Positions 1-13,798 of a DNA stretch of 64,000 bases are shown piece by piece. The DNA is from Octopus bimaculoides. Its lineage: Eukaryota. The notes below the pieces were generated by a model, which ran no database searches, was not told where the DNA came from, and saw only the letters and a program-made list of their open reading frames with translations. Where the stretch lies: assembly GCF_001194135.2 (NCBI RefSeq), contig NC_068987.1, positions 79,397,915 to 79,461,914 on the forward strand. The letters are read 5' to 3'. Positions within the stretch are counted from its first letter, which is position 1. The number at the start of each line of letters is the position of its first letter. The translations under genes were made by a program, and so were the position numbers.

Positions 1-950
1 ATATATATATATATATATATATATATATACTCACACAAATACGTACACACACCCTTTTATTTCACCGTATTTTGTGTATGAATACGCGCGCTTGCGCCTG
101 CTTATGTGTTTGTGTGTGTGTGTGTGCTTGTATATGTGTGCTCGTGATCAAATTAGCAAATCTATTAAGCTGAGACTCACGTAGAACAGATTTTAAAAAT
201 TACTTATTGAAATATATATATAGAAAATCCTTCAAGAAAAAATAAAAGCAACTAATAAAAGAAATCTAGATAATTAATTAATTACTTTTCTAGTAAAATC
301 TTATAACTTTCAGTTAAAATCTTATGTTCCTTTTTTAAATTACAAATAAAATTCAAAGAAGTAAATTAAAAAAATATCAATAAATTAAAACTATAAAGTG
401 AAATATAAAATGTGAAATAAGAAGAAAAAACATAGTTATGATTAAAAATGGAGAATTTTGAAAAGACCGCTATAAATTCACAGTTTTAGAATGTGAAATA
501 TTTATTTATACACATAGTGTATTCCTGTTTTCACTGCTACAACAACCTCTTTTTCATAAATTTTATCCCATTACGTGAAAGATATTGTGCATCGTCTGCT
601 GACCAATCTGCTTTCGCCGTCGGTCTTTAGTCGTCGCAATATCAATATTTTCAGTAAATTTTGTACTGCATATGATTGCGCTGTCATTAGCAAGAGTAAT
701 CTATCTTTGACGAAGCTCTTTACGGTTTAAAAGGACAATCAAACTTTACTAAATATGTCCACTCACAACCAATGATGTTTTAACAAAAATAAGCATTAGT
801 CTTATCGAGGAAAGCTAAGAGTAGATTCGCTTTATTCTCAATTATACAAACTCCGTTGGGCCGAATAGGTCTTATTTTTTATGGTGCTTCAGTCACTGCG
901 ACAAGATTTCCCCCATCAGCTGGGTATTTGATAGTTAAGTGTATTGAAGC

Positions 951-987
<37 letters not shown>

Positions 988-1118
988 GCGCCCTTTTAAA
1001 GCCTAGCCAGGCTCATGGGCCCGGTTTCCTGGTTTCAGCTGCGTATGTGTTCCCCAGCTGGACGGGACGCCAGTCCATCGCAGCGTTACTCATTATTGCC
1101 AGCTGAATGGACTGGAGT
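951..1118 (-). mobile_element. 3' half of a SINE with (ATT)n tail; 5' part lost in the gap at 1119-1578
   Basis: Minus strand reads CTCCAGTCCATTCAGCTGGCAATAATGAGTAACGCTGCGATGGACTGGCGTCCCGTCCAGCTGGGG...GGGCGCATTT(ATT)n, a typical SINE body and tail. Related to the head at 39679. Confidence 0.7.
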
Positions 1119-1578
1119 NNNNNNNNNNNNNNNNNNNNNNNNNNNNNNNNNNNNNNNNNNNNNNNNNNNNNNNNNNNNNNNNNNNNNNNNNNNNNNNNNN
1201 NNNNNNNNNNNNNNNNNNNNNNNNNNNNNNNNNNNNNNNNNNNNNNNNNNNNNNNNNNNNNNNNNNNNNNNNNNNNNNNNNNNNNNNNNNNNNNNNNNNN
1301 NNNNNNNNNNNNNNNNNNNNNNNNNNNNNNNNNNNNNNNNNNNNNNNNNNNNNNNNNNNNNNNNNNNNNNNNNNNNNNNNNNNNNNNNNNNNNNNNNNNN
1401 NNNNNNNNNNNNNNNNNNNNNNNNNNNNNNNNNNNNNNNNNNNNNNNNNNNNNNNNNNNNNNNNNNNNNNNNNNNNNNNNNNNNNNNNNNNNNNNNNNNN
1501 NNNNNNNNNNNNNNNNNNNNNNNNNNNNNNNNNNNNNNNNNNNNNNNNNNNNNNNNNNNNNNNNNNNNNNNNNNNNNN

Positions 1579-1619
<41 letters not shown>

Positions 1620-1628
1620 TGTTTGTGT

Positions 1629-1668
<40 letters not shown>

Positions 1669-2060
1669 TAACATCGAACCTTTCCTACTTACCCCCATAA
1701 GTAAATCAAATCAAAATGGAGTTCGAAATTTTTGTTTCTCTGTTGCTCCTTCAGAGGCACATAAGACAGGTTTGTTTGCTTAGGTTCCTTTGGATATAGT
1801 TATCAGGTAATGTGTGTATAGGTTGAATCCACCAGATGTTACTTCAATGGGGAACCGGTAAACTAACACACATCATCAATTGTCAATAGACATGTGTAGA
1901 TACCAGTATTAATACACGCTGTAACATTGAAACTGTGCTTTCAGCTACAATTACTGACTCGGAAGTTGCAACCAAATGCATCAATAGCTATCAATTTATA
2001 AAGCTTGCTTAGGGTTAGAGAGACTATGGGAGACAAAGTGAACATTATTTTAATAGGGAC

Positions 2061-2437
2061 AGGAGTGGCTTTGTGGTAAGTAGCTTGCATACCAACCACA
2101 TGGTTCTGGGTTCATTCCTTGCGTAGCACCTTGGGCAAGTGACTTCTACTATAGCCTCGGGTTGACCAAAGCCTTGTGAGTGGATTTGGCAGGCGGAAAC
2201 TGAAAGAAGCCTGTCGTATATATGTATATATATATGTTTGTGTGTGTGTGTGCGTGCGTGTGCCTGTGTTTGTCCCCCCAACATCGCTTGACAACTGATG
2301 GTGGTGTGTTTACCTCCCCGTAACTTAGCGGTTCGGCAAAAAAGGCCGATAGAATAAGTACTAGGCTTACAAAGAATAAGTCCCTGGGTCGATTTCAGTC
2401 AAATGACTGAAACAAGGAAAAGAGTAAAAGAGTAAGA
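2061..2437 (+). mobile_element. tRNA-derived SINE, family A (CORE-like segment, internal TA/TG microsatellite, AAAGAGT tail)
   Basis: Head GGAGTGGCTTTGTGGTAAG...GGTTCTGGGTTCATTCC, CORE-like ACCTTGGGCAAGTGACTT, tail AAAGAGTAAAAGAGT. Homologous copies at 10021, 10331, 31085, 34276, 38032 and 60075. Confidence 0.85.
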
Positions 2438-4110
2438 GGGAAACAACACGGCAAATATTAAAAAAAAAAGTTGTTTACACAAAGCAGTAGTTACAATAGA
2501 TTGAATCCCTAAGTCCTGACATAAACGAAATATCTGATGTTGATTATTGAATGATGTATCTATAATGAGATGGATGAATTACCCGAGTTATTAAAATATC
2601 AGATACAATACCTTATGTTATTCATGCTATCTTTTTGTGCCTTCGAGTTCAAATCCTACTGAAGTCAGTTAGGCAGTTCAGCAATTCAAGTATGAAAACT
2701 GCAAAAGGTTCTCTCATTATTTTTCCTTTTTCTCTAAAATGGGCTGAGATGAGGAAGAGGTTCTATAAGGTTTAAAAAGCCGAAGCCACGCTGTATGTCA
2801 GGACCTACAACTTCATAAAAAGTTGTAAACCCAATGACAGAAGAAGGATATTTTAAAATGTCCAGTGAGAGCTCTGTCGGGGGATAGTTATTCATATATT
2901 TGCTTGAAGCTTGCAAGCGGAGTACGTAATTTCTATGCTACAGGGTTTATCAGCCCTAATATCTGCAAGTGTCTATTCCATTAACCGGCGCTCAGTGAAA
3001 GAAATATCTGATAGATATATCCAACAGAATCAACTTATACTCACAATACTTACAACTACATCCAAAGGAGCGTCTATATACAATACCTGGTAGCTATAAC
3101 TAATAACTTCTATTTGCCTATTGCATAATATTTGATCTCACTCTCATTGCTATTAATTGTGATATCATGATAGAGCAGCTGTAGAAACAATTTACGATGT
3201 CTATTTTAAATTGACGCGTATCTTGCCGATGTCAACGTGCCATTGGTCATAATTGTAATCTGGTGAGGCCAAGATTCTTGGCTGAAGACTCGTGAGTTCT
3301 TATTCTGTCGTTAATAAAGTGGTATGCTTTAGGCAAAATACTGAATTCGTATAGCTTCGCATATCAGGTATGCGAACAGCGAGAGAGGAGAGAAAGAGGG
3401 AGAGAAAGAGAAAGAGAGAGAGACAGACAAACAGATTGTCAGTAAGACAGGCAAATAGAAAGTCAGACAGAAAGAGAGAGAGGGAGAGAGAGAGAGAGAG
3501 AGAGACAGAGAGAGACAGAGATAAACATATGGACAGGCAGACAGACAGAAGGAAAGACAATAGTAGAAGACGGTAAAATAACGAGAAAATTTCCGTGAGC
3601 ACGTATGTTTATATATAACCATAAGCTTAGTTATGATGTTGTGGCAGGTACGAAATTATTTAATTCTGGTAGAAAGATATAACTGAAAGAAACGCAACCA
3701 AACCCTGCACCATCAGCAACACCACCGCTACAAGACTCTGCTATCTAAGCTATGTTTTAAATTAGTTATATGAGAGATAAGCGAAGAAATATACAAATTT
3801 TTTTTTTCATACACCAAGTCCCAAGCACTCTTGGTACATCTGTATCAAAACACTGGAAGTATTATATAAACAAGAAAATAATCTGATCGTTTTGCTTCAC
3901 AATGGACGTCGTAGGGTGAAGTGAAGATATATTTGTCAACTATGAATGTAACAGATAAGATCAAGTTGTTATTGTTATCGTTTCTTGACCCTTCAGACAA
4001 AGATATGTTTTGCTTCATTTTTTTCCTTCTATTTATTTCTGTCCTGCTGAACAACAGACTGCAACTAGACATCTAGATTGCACTTCTGATACTACTACTA
4101 CTACTACTAT

Positions 4111-4156
<46 letters not shown>

Positions 4157-4394
4157 GCTACTACTACTATAACGATCACGATGATGATAACATATCTCAA
4201 CCAATCTCTTAAATGAAAGGTTTTTGCTTGTGATTAATAGAGAAATTATTAATTCGTTCCAATTTTGTTTTCATCTTGAGGCTTTGCCATATCTTACTTC
4301 TTAATCTGTGCTCGCTATTCCTGTTGTTATCGGACCAGACACACACAACGAAAAAATAGGAGAGAGAGACAGAGTGAGAGTAGGAGACTGCGTA

Positions 4395-4430
<36 letters not shown>

Positions 4431-5463
4431 CACTTCTGTCATTTTGTGTTCAGCGACAGAAATCGCCAATTGCAAAATTTAATCCTTGAACATACTCAAA
4501 AATGTTCAATAAGTATTTTGCCTTCAATAGCTACTTTTTTCAGTTTTACACTTCGTTCCGGATTTTTCTTTTTAAGTTTTTATTTAAGTTTTTTTTTCTT
4601 TAACTGATCACCTTCATTCATTACTTTTATCATCATCATCATCATCATTATTATCTGACGCAAAGGTTTTGCTTTAGAATGCAATCCATTATTATTAGTT
4701 GTAGTTTTTCTCACCCCACATATTTTTTTCCCAATGGTCGGCGAATACCTTCTTTATGGAAGTGTGTTTAGTTACCAGTTAAAATCGTATTAGTAATGTA
4801 TTGTAACCGCATTCCCAAACCAGGCACTTTAGCAGTAAGGTATTGTTAGCGCCAAGAAGTGGAAAGTTTGTCCAAGCAAAAGGAGAACAACGTACAATGT
4901 AGAGGCCGTTTAATCTTCACTTTTATCATTGTGACAATTGTTTAGAGTTATTTGGGATACACACGTTAGCTATTGACAGGAGACAAGAGAAAAACAGTGT
5001 GTTTTAATCGTTACTACACTCTTCAGCAGGCGTCTTCTTTTTTTTTTCTACTCTAAACAACTTAAAGGACAAAAGACAGACAACACCGTATACTTCGTTT
5101 TTTTTCTTAATCTTTATTTTATTCTTTCTTTTTCTTCTTTCTGTCGGTTTTTCTCCTGTTCTTATTTCGTTCTTTCTTTACTGTGTTTATATATATACAT
5201 ATATATAAAAATACAAGTGATACAGGTGTATGACGGGGACAAGGCTATAATCTTTTTAATCTCTTAATGTTTGCCTCAGAAATGAAAACTAATTTGGCCC
5301 ATCACGGGATACTTGCGTACTTCGAATTATTCTATCAATTGAAAAACATTCTAGCTTGCTTTTGTAACCAGAAATATATTGTTTTCTGTTAAACTACCGC
5401 TTAATATACTTCCTTACCATTGTGAGCCTCTGATACGGTATTTATTTCCGTATTATGCTGTGT

Positions 5464-5851
5464 CGAGGCGCAATGGCCCAGTGGTTAGGGCAGCGGACTC
5501 GCGGTCATAGGATCGCGGTTTCGATTACCAGACTGGGCGTTGTGAGTGTTTATTGAGCGAAAACACCTAAAGCTCCACGATGCTCCGGCAGGGGATGGTG
5601 GCGAACCCTGCTGTACTCTTCCACCACAACTTTCTCTCACTCTTACTTCCTGTTTCTCTTGTGTCTGTAATTTGAAGGGCCAGCCTTGTCACACTCTGTG
5701 TCACGCTGAATGTCCCCGAGAACTACGTTAAGGGTACACGTGTCTGTGGCGTGCTCGGTCACTTGCACGTTAATTTCACGAGCAGGCCGTTCCGTTGATC
5801 GGATCAACTGGAACCCTCGTCGTCGTAAGCGACGGAGTGCCAACAACAACA
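5464..5851 (+). mobile_element. Full-length tRNA-derived SINE, family C, with 10-bp target-site duplication
   Basis: A box TGGCCCAGTGG (5474-5484), B-box-like GGTTTCGATTACC (5517-5529), (AAC)n tail. Flanking direct repeat TATGCTGTGT at 5454-5463 and 5852-5861. Confidence 0.9.
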
Positions 5852-6659
5852 TATGCTGTGTTACTCATAGCAGACAAACCTGCAGGGATAGCACGGGGAG
5901 GGGTGTATTTAGACAGTAGTAGTAATAGTAGTAGTAGCAGCAGCAGCAGTTGTAGTTGTAGTTATTGCTTAACTCTTCAAGTAGACCAATGGTGAAAGAC
6001 TTTCTATCCGTGACAAGCCCTTTCTTTCATTTACCCAAATAATCACGACGTAATTTTATGCAACCAGAATTACCAGTACATCGTTAACTTTGTTTTTAAG
6101 ATCGCAAGGAGATCTGACTGCTTCCCATACAACTTTAAGCAACGGCACTAGCTCATCGACGATATATAATTATTTGGTTGTTGCTGCTGTTGTTGTTGTT
6201 GTTGCTAAGATTATTCTTAAACGCAATCAATTCTGGTCGACAGACATGGATAGGATCACTGCTATTCCGAGCATAAAACTCTCATCTTTTTTAGGGGTAT
6301 ACAGAAGGAAATTATTTGATGCGTTCTTCTTTGTTTCTTGTCTTTTTCTTTTAAAGACATATACAAGGAAATTGAGGGATGTTTAGTTTTTATTTGTAGC
6401 CGGACGAACGAACGCCAGAGAAGGGTCTCTTGTTGACACGTGATAACATCAATAGTGACAACAAAGATGCTGGTTATTTTGGTGATGATAAGCAGTTTCA
6501 TATGGCTCCAGTTCTTAAAGGTTTTTAGATAAGGTTTCTATCCAACAGGAGAGCCTCTATATAGTCGGTCGACCAAGCTAGAAATGACAGCTAAGTATTC
6601 CACAACTCAATTCTAGTGTCTAAAAATCGACGTGAGTGATTATGATTGTAAGCACTTTA

Positions 6660-6780
6660 TCCCATAGGTTTACTCCATTAGGACCCATTTAGGGTGACAA
6701 ATTCAAATCGGGGCTATAGTAACAGAAACCTACCCAAGGTACCTCACCCTTGCGACTAAAAGCATCTGGTTGCAAAGCGA
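6660..6780 (-). mobile_element. Degraded SINE fragment (family A-like CORE region)
   Basis: GGGGCTATAGTAACAGAAACCTACCCAAGGT resembles the reverse complement of the family A CORE segment. Confidence 0.4.
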
Positions 6781-6784
6781 AATT

Positions 6785-6816
<32 letters not shown>

Positions 6817-6819
6817 AGA

Positions 6820-6902
6820 AAAACGATAGATGATGATGGCCAGAATGCCTTTTGATGATAAGACAGCTTGATCAAAGCTGACCCGGGGCTAAACAACAAC
6901 AG
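6820..6902 (+). mobile_element. Retroposon 3' tail fragment ending CTGACCCGGGGCTAAACAACAAC
   Basis: Similar degenerate tails at about 11610-11680 and 38505-38570; (AAC)n end. Confidence 0.4.
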
Positions 6903-7496
6903 CTTCAGTAACAGAAATAGAACTAAAATAGATATATTAGTGGCTGACTTGATTCTGTGTTGTACGTGTTAGCGTCTTTGCATTTACTAATGATATTTTA
7001 TGGCTGGATGCCGCTACTCAATCATTTCTTGTAAATTGTAACAAATCTGACATGGTTAGAAGAGTAATAAAGAGACCTTTGATGAAGTAATATATGAGTA
7101 ATTCTTTCAGACAACTGTAATGAAAGATGGGGACGAGCCGAAATATCTGTTAACAATGATGGCGGTAACACCACCAACAGCAACGCCGCAGTAGTATTTC
7201 TTTTATACAGAGACATAAACTATATATATATATATATNNNNNNNNNNNNNNNNNNNNNNNNNNNNNNNNNNNNNNNNNNNNNNNNNNNNNNNNNNNNNNN
7301 NNNNNNNNNNNNNNNNNNNNNNNNNNNNNNNNNNNNNNNNNNNNNNNNNNNNNNNNNNNNNNNNNNNNNNNNNNNNNNNNNNNNNNNNNNNNNNNNATAC
7401 GCATATGTAACACGGATATGTGTATATCTGTATATGCATATATTACCGTATGTACAAACATATCTACATACACTTGTGTGTCTCCACACTTACACT

Positions 7497-7562
<66 letters not shown>
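7497..7562. repeat. (ATCT)n microsatellite
   Basis: Seen directly. Confidence 0.95.
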
Positions 7563-7669
7563 GTCTATCTACCCATCTGTTTATCTATATGACTGTCTAT
7601 CTCTCTATTTCCAAATAAACCTCTAGCTATTTCTATCTATCTGGATAAATTTATGGCACAATCAATTGC

Positions 7670-7865
7670 AAATATGGCCGACACAATAGCTCGCGGTATT
7701 ACATTGTCAGTTCAGATCCAGTCCATGTCGATTTTGTCTCCCATCATCCTTCCCAAACAGATAAAATAGGTATGTAGGTCGATAATATAGACATAAACCT
7801 TTGCTGGCGGTGTCCCAATATGGCTGCAATCCAGTAATTGAAACTAATCAATGAACAGAAAGAAA
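7670..7865 (+). mobile_element. Degraded SINE with family B-like 5' and central part and family A-like 3' tail
   Basis: GTTCAGATCC...GTCGATTTTGTCTCCCATCATCC...GATAAAATAGGTA is B-like. It is followed by GGCGGTGTCCCAATATGGCTGCAATCCAGTAATTGAAAC, like the A tail GGCGGTGCTCCAGCATGGCCGCAGTCAAATGACTGAAAC. Confidence 0.5.
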
Positions 7866-8923
7866 CGAGTCTTATTTTGCCTTGCTGCAAATATTTATTT
7901 TGTTTGCCTTAATTTAATGTATAAGTTGAACATCTTAATATTATAACTTCACCCAAAACAATCTTCAGCTGTGTGTGTGTGTGTGTGTGTGTGTGTNNNN
8001 NNNNNNNNNNNNNNNNNNNNNNNNNNNNNNNNNNNNNNNNNNNNNNNNNNNNNNNNNNNNNNNNNNNNNNNNNNNNNNNNNNNNNNNNNNNNNNNNNNNN
8101 NNNNNNNNNNNNNNNNNNNNNNNNNNNNNNNNNNNNNNNNNNNNNNNNNNNNNNNNNNNNNNNNNNNNNNNNNNNNNNNNNNNNNNNNNNNNNNNNNNNN
8201 NNNNNNNNNNNNNNNNNNNNNNNNNNNNNNNNNNNNNNNNNNNNNNNNNNNNNNNNNNNNNNNNNNNNNNNNNNNNNNNNNNNNNNNNNNNNNNNNNNNN
8301 NNNNNNNNNNNNNNNNNNNNNNNNNNNNNNNNNNNNNNNNNNNNNNNNNNNNNNNNNNNNNNNNNNNNNNNNNNNNNNNNNNNNNNNNNNNNNNNNNNNN
8401 NNNNNNNNNNNNNNNNNNNNNNNNNNNNNNNNNNNNNNNNNNNNNNNNNNNNNNNNNNNNNNNNNNNNNNNNNNNNNNNNNNNNNNNNNNNNNNNNNNNN
8501 NNNNNNNNNNNNNNNNNNNNNNNNNNNNNNNNNNNNNNNNNNNNNNNNNNNNNNNNNNNNNNNNNNNNNNNNNNNNNNNNNNNNNNNNNNNNNNNNNNNN
8601 NNNNNNNNNNNNNNNNNNNNNNNNNNNNNNNNNNNNNNNNNNNNNNNNNNNNNNNNNNNNNNNNNNNNNNNNNNNNNNNNNNNNNNNNNNNNTATATATA
8701 TATATAAATATAATATATATATATAATCATGTATATATATATATATATGTATATGCATATATGAGCATATGTGTACAGAGACAGACAGGTAAAGAGACAA
8801 AATGAGAGAGAGGAGAGAAAGAGAGACCCACATCTATGTATACACACACCGAACACAACCAACTCACACACACATATATGTATGTGTCAATATATATTAT
8901 TTTGTCATTAATTATATAATATT

Positions 8924-9133
8924 GGCGGTGAGCTGGCGGAATCGTTAACACACTGGGCAAAATACTTCGCGGTATTTCGTCTGTCGCTACTTTCTGAGTT
9001 CAAATTCCGCCGAAGTCGACTTTGCGTTCCATCTTTTTGCGGTCGATAAATTAAGTACAAGTTGCATACTGGGGTCGNNNNNNNNNNCCCCTCAAAAATA
9101 AAATTGCGGCCTTGTGCCTAGAGTAGAAAAGAT
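8924..9133 (+). mobile_element. tRNA-derived SINE, family B (Meta-domain-like central region)
   Basis: GGCGGTGAGCTGGCGGAATCGTTA...GAGTTCAAATTCC (B box)...GGTCGATAAATTAAGTAC...GGCCTTGTGCCTAGAGTAGAAAAG. Many homologous copies in the window. Confidence 0.85.
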
Positions 9134-10020
9134 TATTTACATGATATTTTACTTTGTGGAATAGAGGAAGATTGATTAAGATACTTCTAGATTAATCAAA
9201 CATTATTCTTACATTCTCTTCCTCTCTCACACACACACACTTATTCACGCACACACACACATATTCTAAGAAGGAGTGTTAATTTTTATAGATAGTACAG
9301 TCTGGTCCCCAAAGAGCACTTATATATTAGACGAAGCAAGCAAACAAGCCTTTTAGAATCGCGTGACAAACACGATCTGCTGGGATCAATAATATCAGTT
9401 AATATCTCAGCAAGTAATTCACCCAATATTAGCAGCAAGGACCAGTATTGTAACTGACGAAGGAACTTGACATTTTCCATTCTCTCTCGTTCTTTGATAA
9501 CTACAAAAGGAACTGATTGCAATTCGTATCTCCCTGGTAATGTATAAGGCTATGATTTAGTCCAACCATGTTCTGAATCAAACCTCCAATTTATGTTTGA
9601 AGAATCCAATTTAAGAAGTGCTCGCTTGAGATAATAACCTTACTTTAGCCTACAATAATCAAATTAGAAGTGGTCAGTGTATTTTACGCTTCTAACTTGA
9701 CCACTTTTAGTCAACAATGAGATTGATAAAATAATTTCCATTTCAGATAATATTCGATTAACTTTAAAGACATAATGCTAAACCATGTTTTGGCTTTCAT
9801 CAAAAAATATAATGGATCATTTTTCGGTTTTATTTTATTATATTATATTTTACATTTTGTTTCCTCGGCTTTGTTTTAAGATTCTAAGTCCCAAACATCA
9901 AGCAATATTTTTATTCTATTTGCATGTATCATAGTGATCGGAATATGTCCATAATTGACTATTTCGTCATAAATAAGCGCGTAGATGCAGAAACCTTTAT
10001 GTGAAGTGGCTGTGAGGTGC

Positions 10021-10300
10021 AGGCATGGCTGTGCGGTAAGACATTTGCTTCTCAAACACATGGTTCCGGATTCAGTCCCACTGTGTGCCACGTTGAGCAA
10101 ATATATTCTGCTACAGCCACGGACCAACCAAAGCTTTGTGAGTGGATTTTGTAAACGGAAAGTGAAAAGAATCCCGTCGGATATATATATATATATATAT
10201 ATATACGTGTGGGTGTGTGCTTGACAACAGGTGGTGGCGTGTTTACGTTGTTGTAACTTAGCGGTTCGGAAAAGGAGACCGGTTGAATAAGTACCAGGTT
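10021..10300 (+). mobile_element. SINE family A copy, 3'-truncated
   Basis: Colinear with 2061-2437 from the head to AATAAGTACCAGG. Confidence 0.8.
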
Positions 10301-10330
10301 TCAAAAAGCCTAAATACTGTGGTTCACTCC

Positions 10331-10692
10331 ACCCCACTGCGTAGCACCTTGGGCAAGTGTCTTCTACTATAGCCTCGAGTCGACTAAAACCTTGTGAGTG
10401 GATTTGGTAGACGGAAACTGAAAGAAGCCCGTCGTATACACACAGACATACACACACACATACACATATATATGTATGTGTTTGTGGGTCAGTGTTTGTC
10501 CCTCCATCATCGCTTGACAACCGATGTTGGTATGTTACGTCACGGTAACTTAGCGGTTCGGTAAAGAGAGCGGCAGAATAAGTACTATGCTTCCAAAGAA
10601 TAAGTCCTAGGGTCGATTTGTCCGACTAAAGGTCGTGCTTCAGTATGGCCACAGTCAAATAAATGACTAAAACAAATAAACGAATACGAAAA
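10331..10692 (+). mobile_element. SINE family A copy lacking the tRNA head, directly after the previous copy
   Basis: Starts at CCCACTGCGTAGCACCTTGGGCAAGTGTC and runs to the tail AAATGACTAAAACAAATAAA. Confidence 0.85.
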
Positions 10693-12729
10693 GAAAACAC
10701 CGCGCGTGTTGAAAATGGCATTGCAGTAATTCATCATGGAGTTTTCCTCGCGTCTCCTCACATTTTTATCCCCGTACCTACATATGCCCATATTTGTGAA
10801 TGAGTGTGTCGTGAGACTAGAAGATAATCATATGACAGACGGATACAAAGATAAAAGATAGATACGTATCTATAGCTTCATAAATAGCAAAATAGATAGA
10901 ATTGTGTATATGTGCTTATATCTATGTATGAGTTTGAGTGTGTATAAACTAAAAGATAAATATATCGATATGTAGATATTAAATAGATAGATATCATTGT
11001 CTGTGAGCCAGATAGGTATGTTTGTCTGTGACCTCACGAAAGCCACAAAGCTTGAATACTACAGAAGTCAAATAAGTAGTTAATTTAATACATCAAATAC
11101 GACTCGATATATTACTTACACGTTGCATCTATAATTTACGCACATATTTTAACCGTATTATATATAAGTTACGTTATCAAAATGGATGCCGTTGAATTGA
11201 GAGTCTTAGATGACTGTTGCTAATAGGATGTGCGCAGGTAAGAAAGGTTTGTAATTAATCTGAAGGAAAATAAAATCGATTTCCAAAGTAATTAATTGGT
11301 TCCCTTTGATTAAGTATAGGTCTGTATGGTTTTAGCCGGTGGGAATCGTAACGTAACTTAACGACCATTCCATTCCATTCCAACAGCACATTAGCAGCAA
11401 AATTGAAATGGAAAGGCTTCGCAAGAGAATAGAAACCAAGTTTAATTTTAAGTTTTCTGGAAGTTTACCTCCAAACAAGAGACAATCTCTTAGTTTATGA
11501 GGAGAACATTTCGTGGCTTTCACGCATAATGTTTCACGCCTACTCATTTCTATCACGAAATCAGCGACTTATAACCAAATGAAGTGGTGGTCACTCATAA
11601 AGGATATTTTGGGATGATCATGCCTAGAATAACCTTTAGTTAAGGGATCACGTCTGACCCAGAGCGAATGAGCAGCAAAAACACATGAATATTGTTTTGA
11701 TTACAACCGGTTATAAACCATTTTACAGTAACATTGTCATTGCATTACTCAACAATTTCTAGGCTTAAATGCTCAATGCGCATTTGTTAACATTACAGTG
11801 CTAATGGGGCTTCTATATCCTACAGCTGTCAACGTAACTTTGACATATCAGGTATTCAGTATTAAAAGGGCCACGTATAGTTTTAATTTTGCACCAGGGT
11901 GACACATGGGAATTAAACCAGATCATGTGCTTTTTAAAACCAAGAATACTGTATACTTGATGGAGGATCTCTATACTATATCTACTCTCTTTCAGCTGTC
12001 TCTCATAAAAATGAAAGATTTATATTAAAATCTCCTATATTATTTACATCCATTCATATAAGTTAGGCATGCATTGTACGCCTTACATTCAAACAGGAAA
12101 CGTCACTGTTCTGTATATATGTCTCCTTTGAGTATGGCAATTTCAAATAAAATAAACAAAATAAAAGAGAAAATAATGAAAAAAAAACATTCATTCTACA
12201 TAGTACGATTTCTTAACCACTTTGTTCAATATGTTTTAGTCATATAAGACTAGCCTGATGCGAATATATATTACTTTTAGAACTCTATGTTCACGGCAGT
12301 TTCTTGCACAAAAAATTAACTTTCTGTATGAATATATTCCGGAAAACATTTTCAAATATTTTTCTATTTAGCATTTACACACGGCCTCAGTTACATCTCT
12401 CTTTGTACCTCGTATGTATTAGACCCATATTCTTTATTTTGAAACCGTATTCTAAACGTTTCGCTTAGTGCTTTGTGTTATACCTTGTACAGTTCTACAA
12501 AACTATTTAATCTCAGATGAGGTCAAACCAATTGCAACATACGGTTTGTAGTTCTCTACAACCAACTTCCAAGTTACACACAACAAATACAGACAATTCT
12601 TTGTTTTTTTTTCTGTACTTTTTTTCTACTGTTTGCCTACTTAACCAACCAAAGACTGTAAACCATTATTTCCATTCCCATCTCCTATACTTCTTGGAAA
12701 AGGTTACAACTTTTTTTAGAACATACTGT

Positions 12730-12886
<157 letters not shown>

Positions 12887-13015
12887 AATACATACGAACA
12901 TATATATACACCTGTATTATATACATATATATACTGAGAAAATGGTTATGCTCTTTTCCTTGCCTTACCCCCGCTCCACTCTTTCAATGTGTGTGTGCTT
13001 ATGTATGTATATATA

Positions 13016-13060
<45 letters not shown>

Positions 13061-13537
13061 GTGACATTTTTTTCAGTTGTTCTTCGCCTTCTCGATTCAA
13101 TGTATCGAGAATATTTTAAATAGTATCTCTGGTGGAGAGAGAGAGACAGACAGAGAGACAGACAAACAGAGAGAGAGAGAAGGTGAGAGAGAGAGAGTAG
13201 TCGGTTTGCAAATGTCACCGAATGTCTCCTACCGTTGTTACATTTTTACCGAGTTTGAAGAAAGAAAATAACCAAGAAAAACAAAAACACAGCAAAGAAA
13301 TCAAACAAAAAAATTATATACACACAATAAATAAATAAATAAATAGCTAAATAAATAAGAAAGCTGCCAGTCTTCCGAGAAGACACTACATCTGACAATG
13401 TTCTATAACCAGTAGCCAATCAATCGAAGTTCAACTCGGTGAAAAAACATTAACGAATCAAATTCAGACTGAGTTTCCGAAACTATTCATCGGACCTTTT
13501 TAACTAACCGAAACTGCAACAATATCGAAAGAACGTC

Positions 13538-13548
13538 CACTACTACTA

Positions 13549-13612
<64 letters not shown>

Positions 13613-13613
13613 A

Positions 13614-13656
<43 letters not shown>
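13538..13656. repeat. Compound (ACT)n-(GCT)n-(ACT)n microsatellite
   Basis: Seen directly. A similar compound array lies at 60838-61047. Confidence 0.95.
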
Positions 13657-13756
13657 TATTTGTCTACAAGGACGCGCATACTTTAGAAAACTTGTCAAAC
13701 AAGGGCTACAACTCGAGAGGTTATGCATAAATATGTGTGTGGTGTGGTATACTGTT

Positions 13757-13798
<42 letters not shown>

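Noticed and set aside
1755-1807. Possible 15-nt and 23-nt microexons (CAG|AGGCACATAAGACAG|GTTTGT; TAG|GTTCC...ATCAG|GTAATG)
   Set aside because: The upstream exon and its phase are unknown, one donor is weak, and the fused 52-nt version has stops in all frames.
5467-5540. tRNA-like sequence (also at 39679-39740)
   Set aside because: A and B boxes are present but the sequence continues into a SINE body, with a TSD in the first case. No complete cloverleaf.
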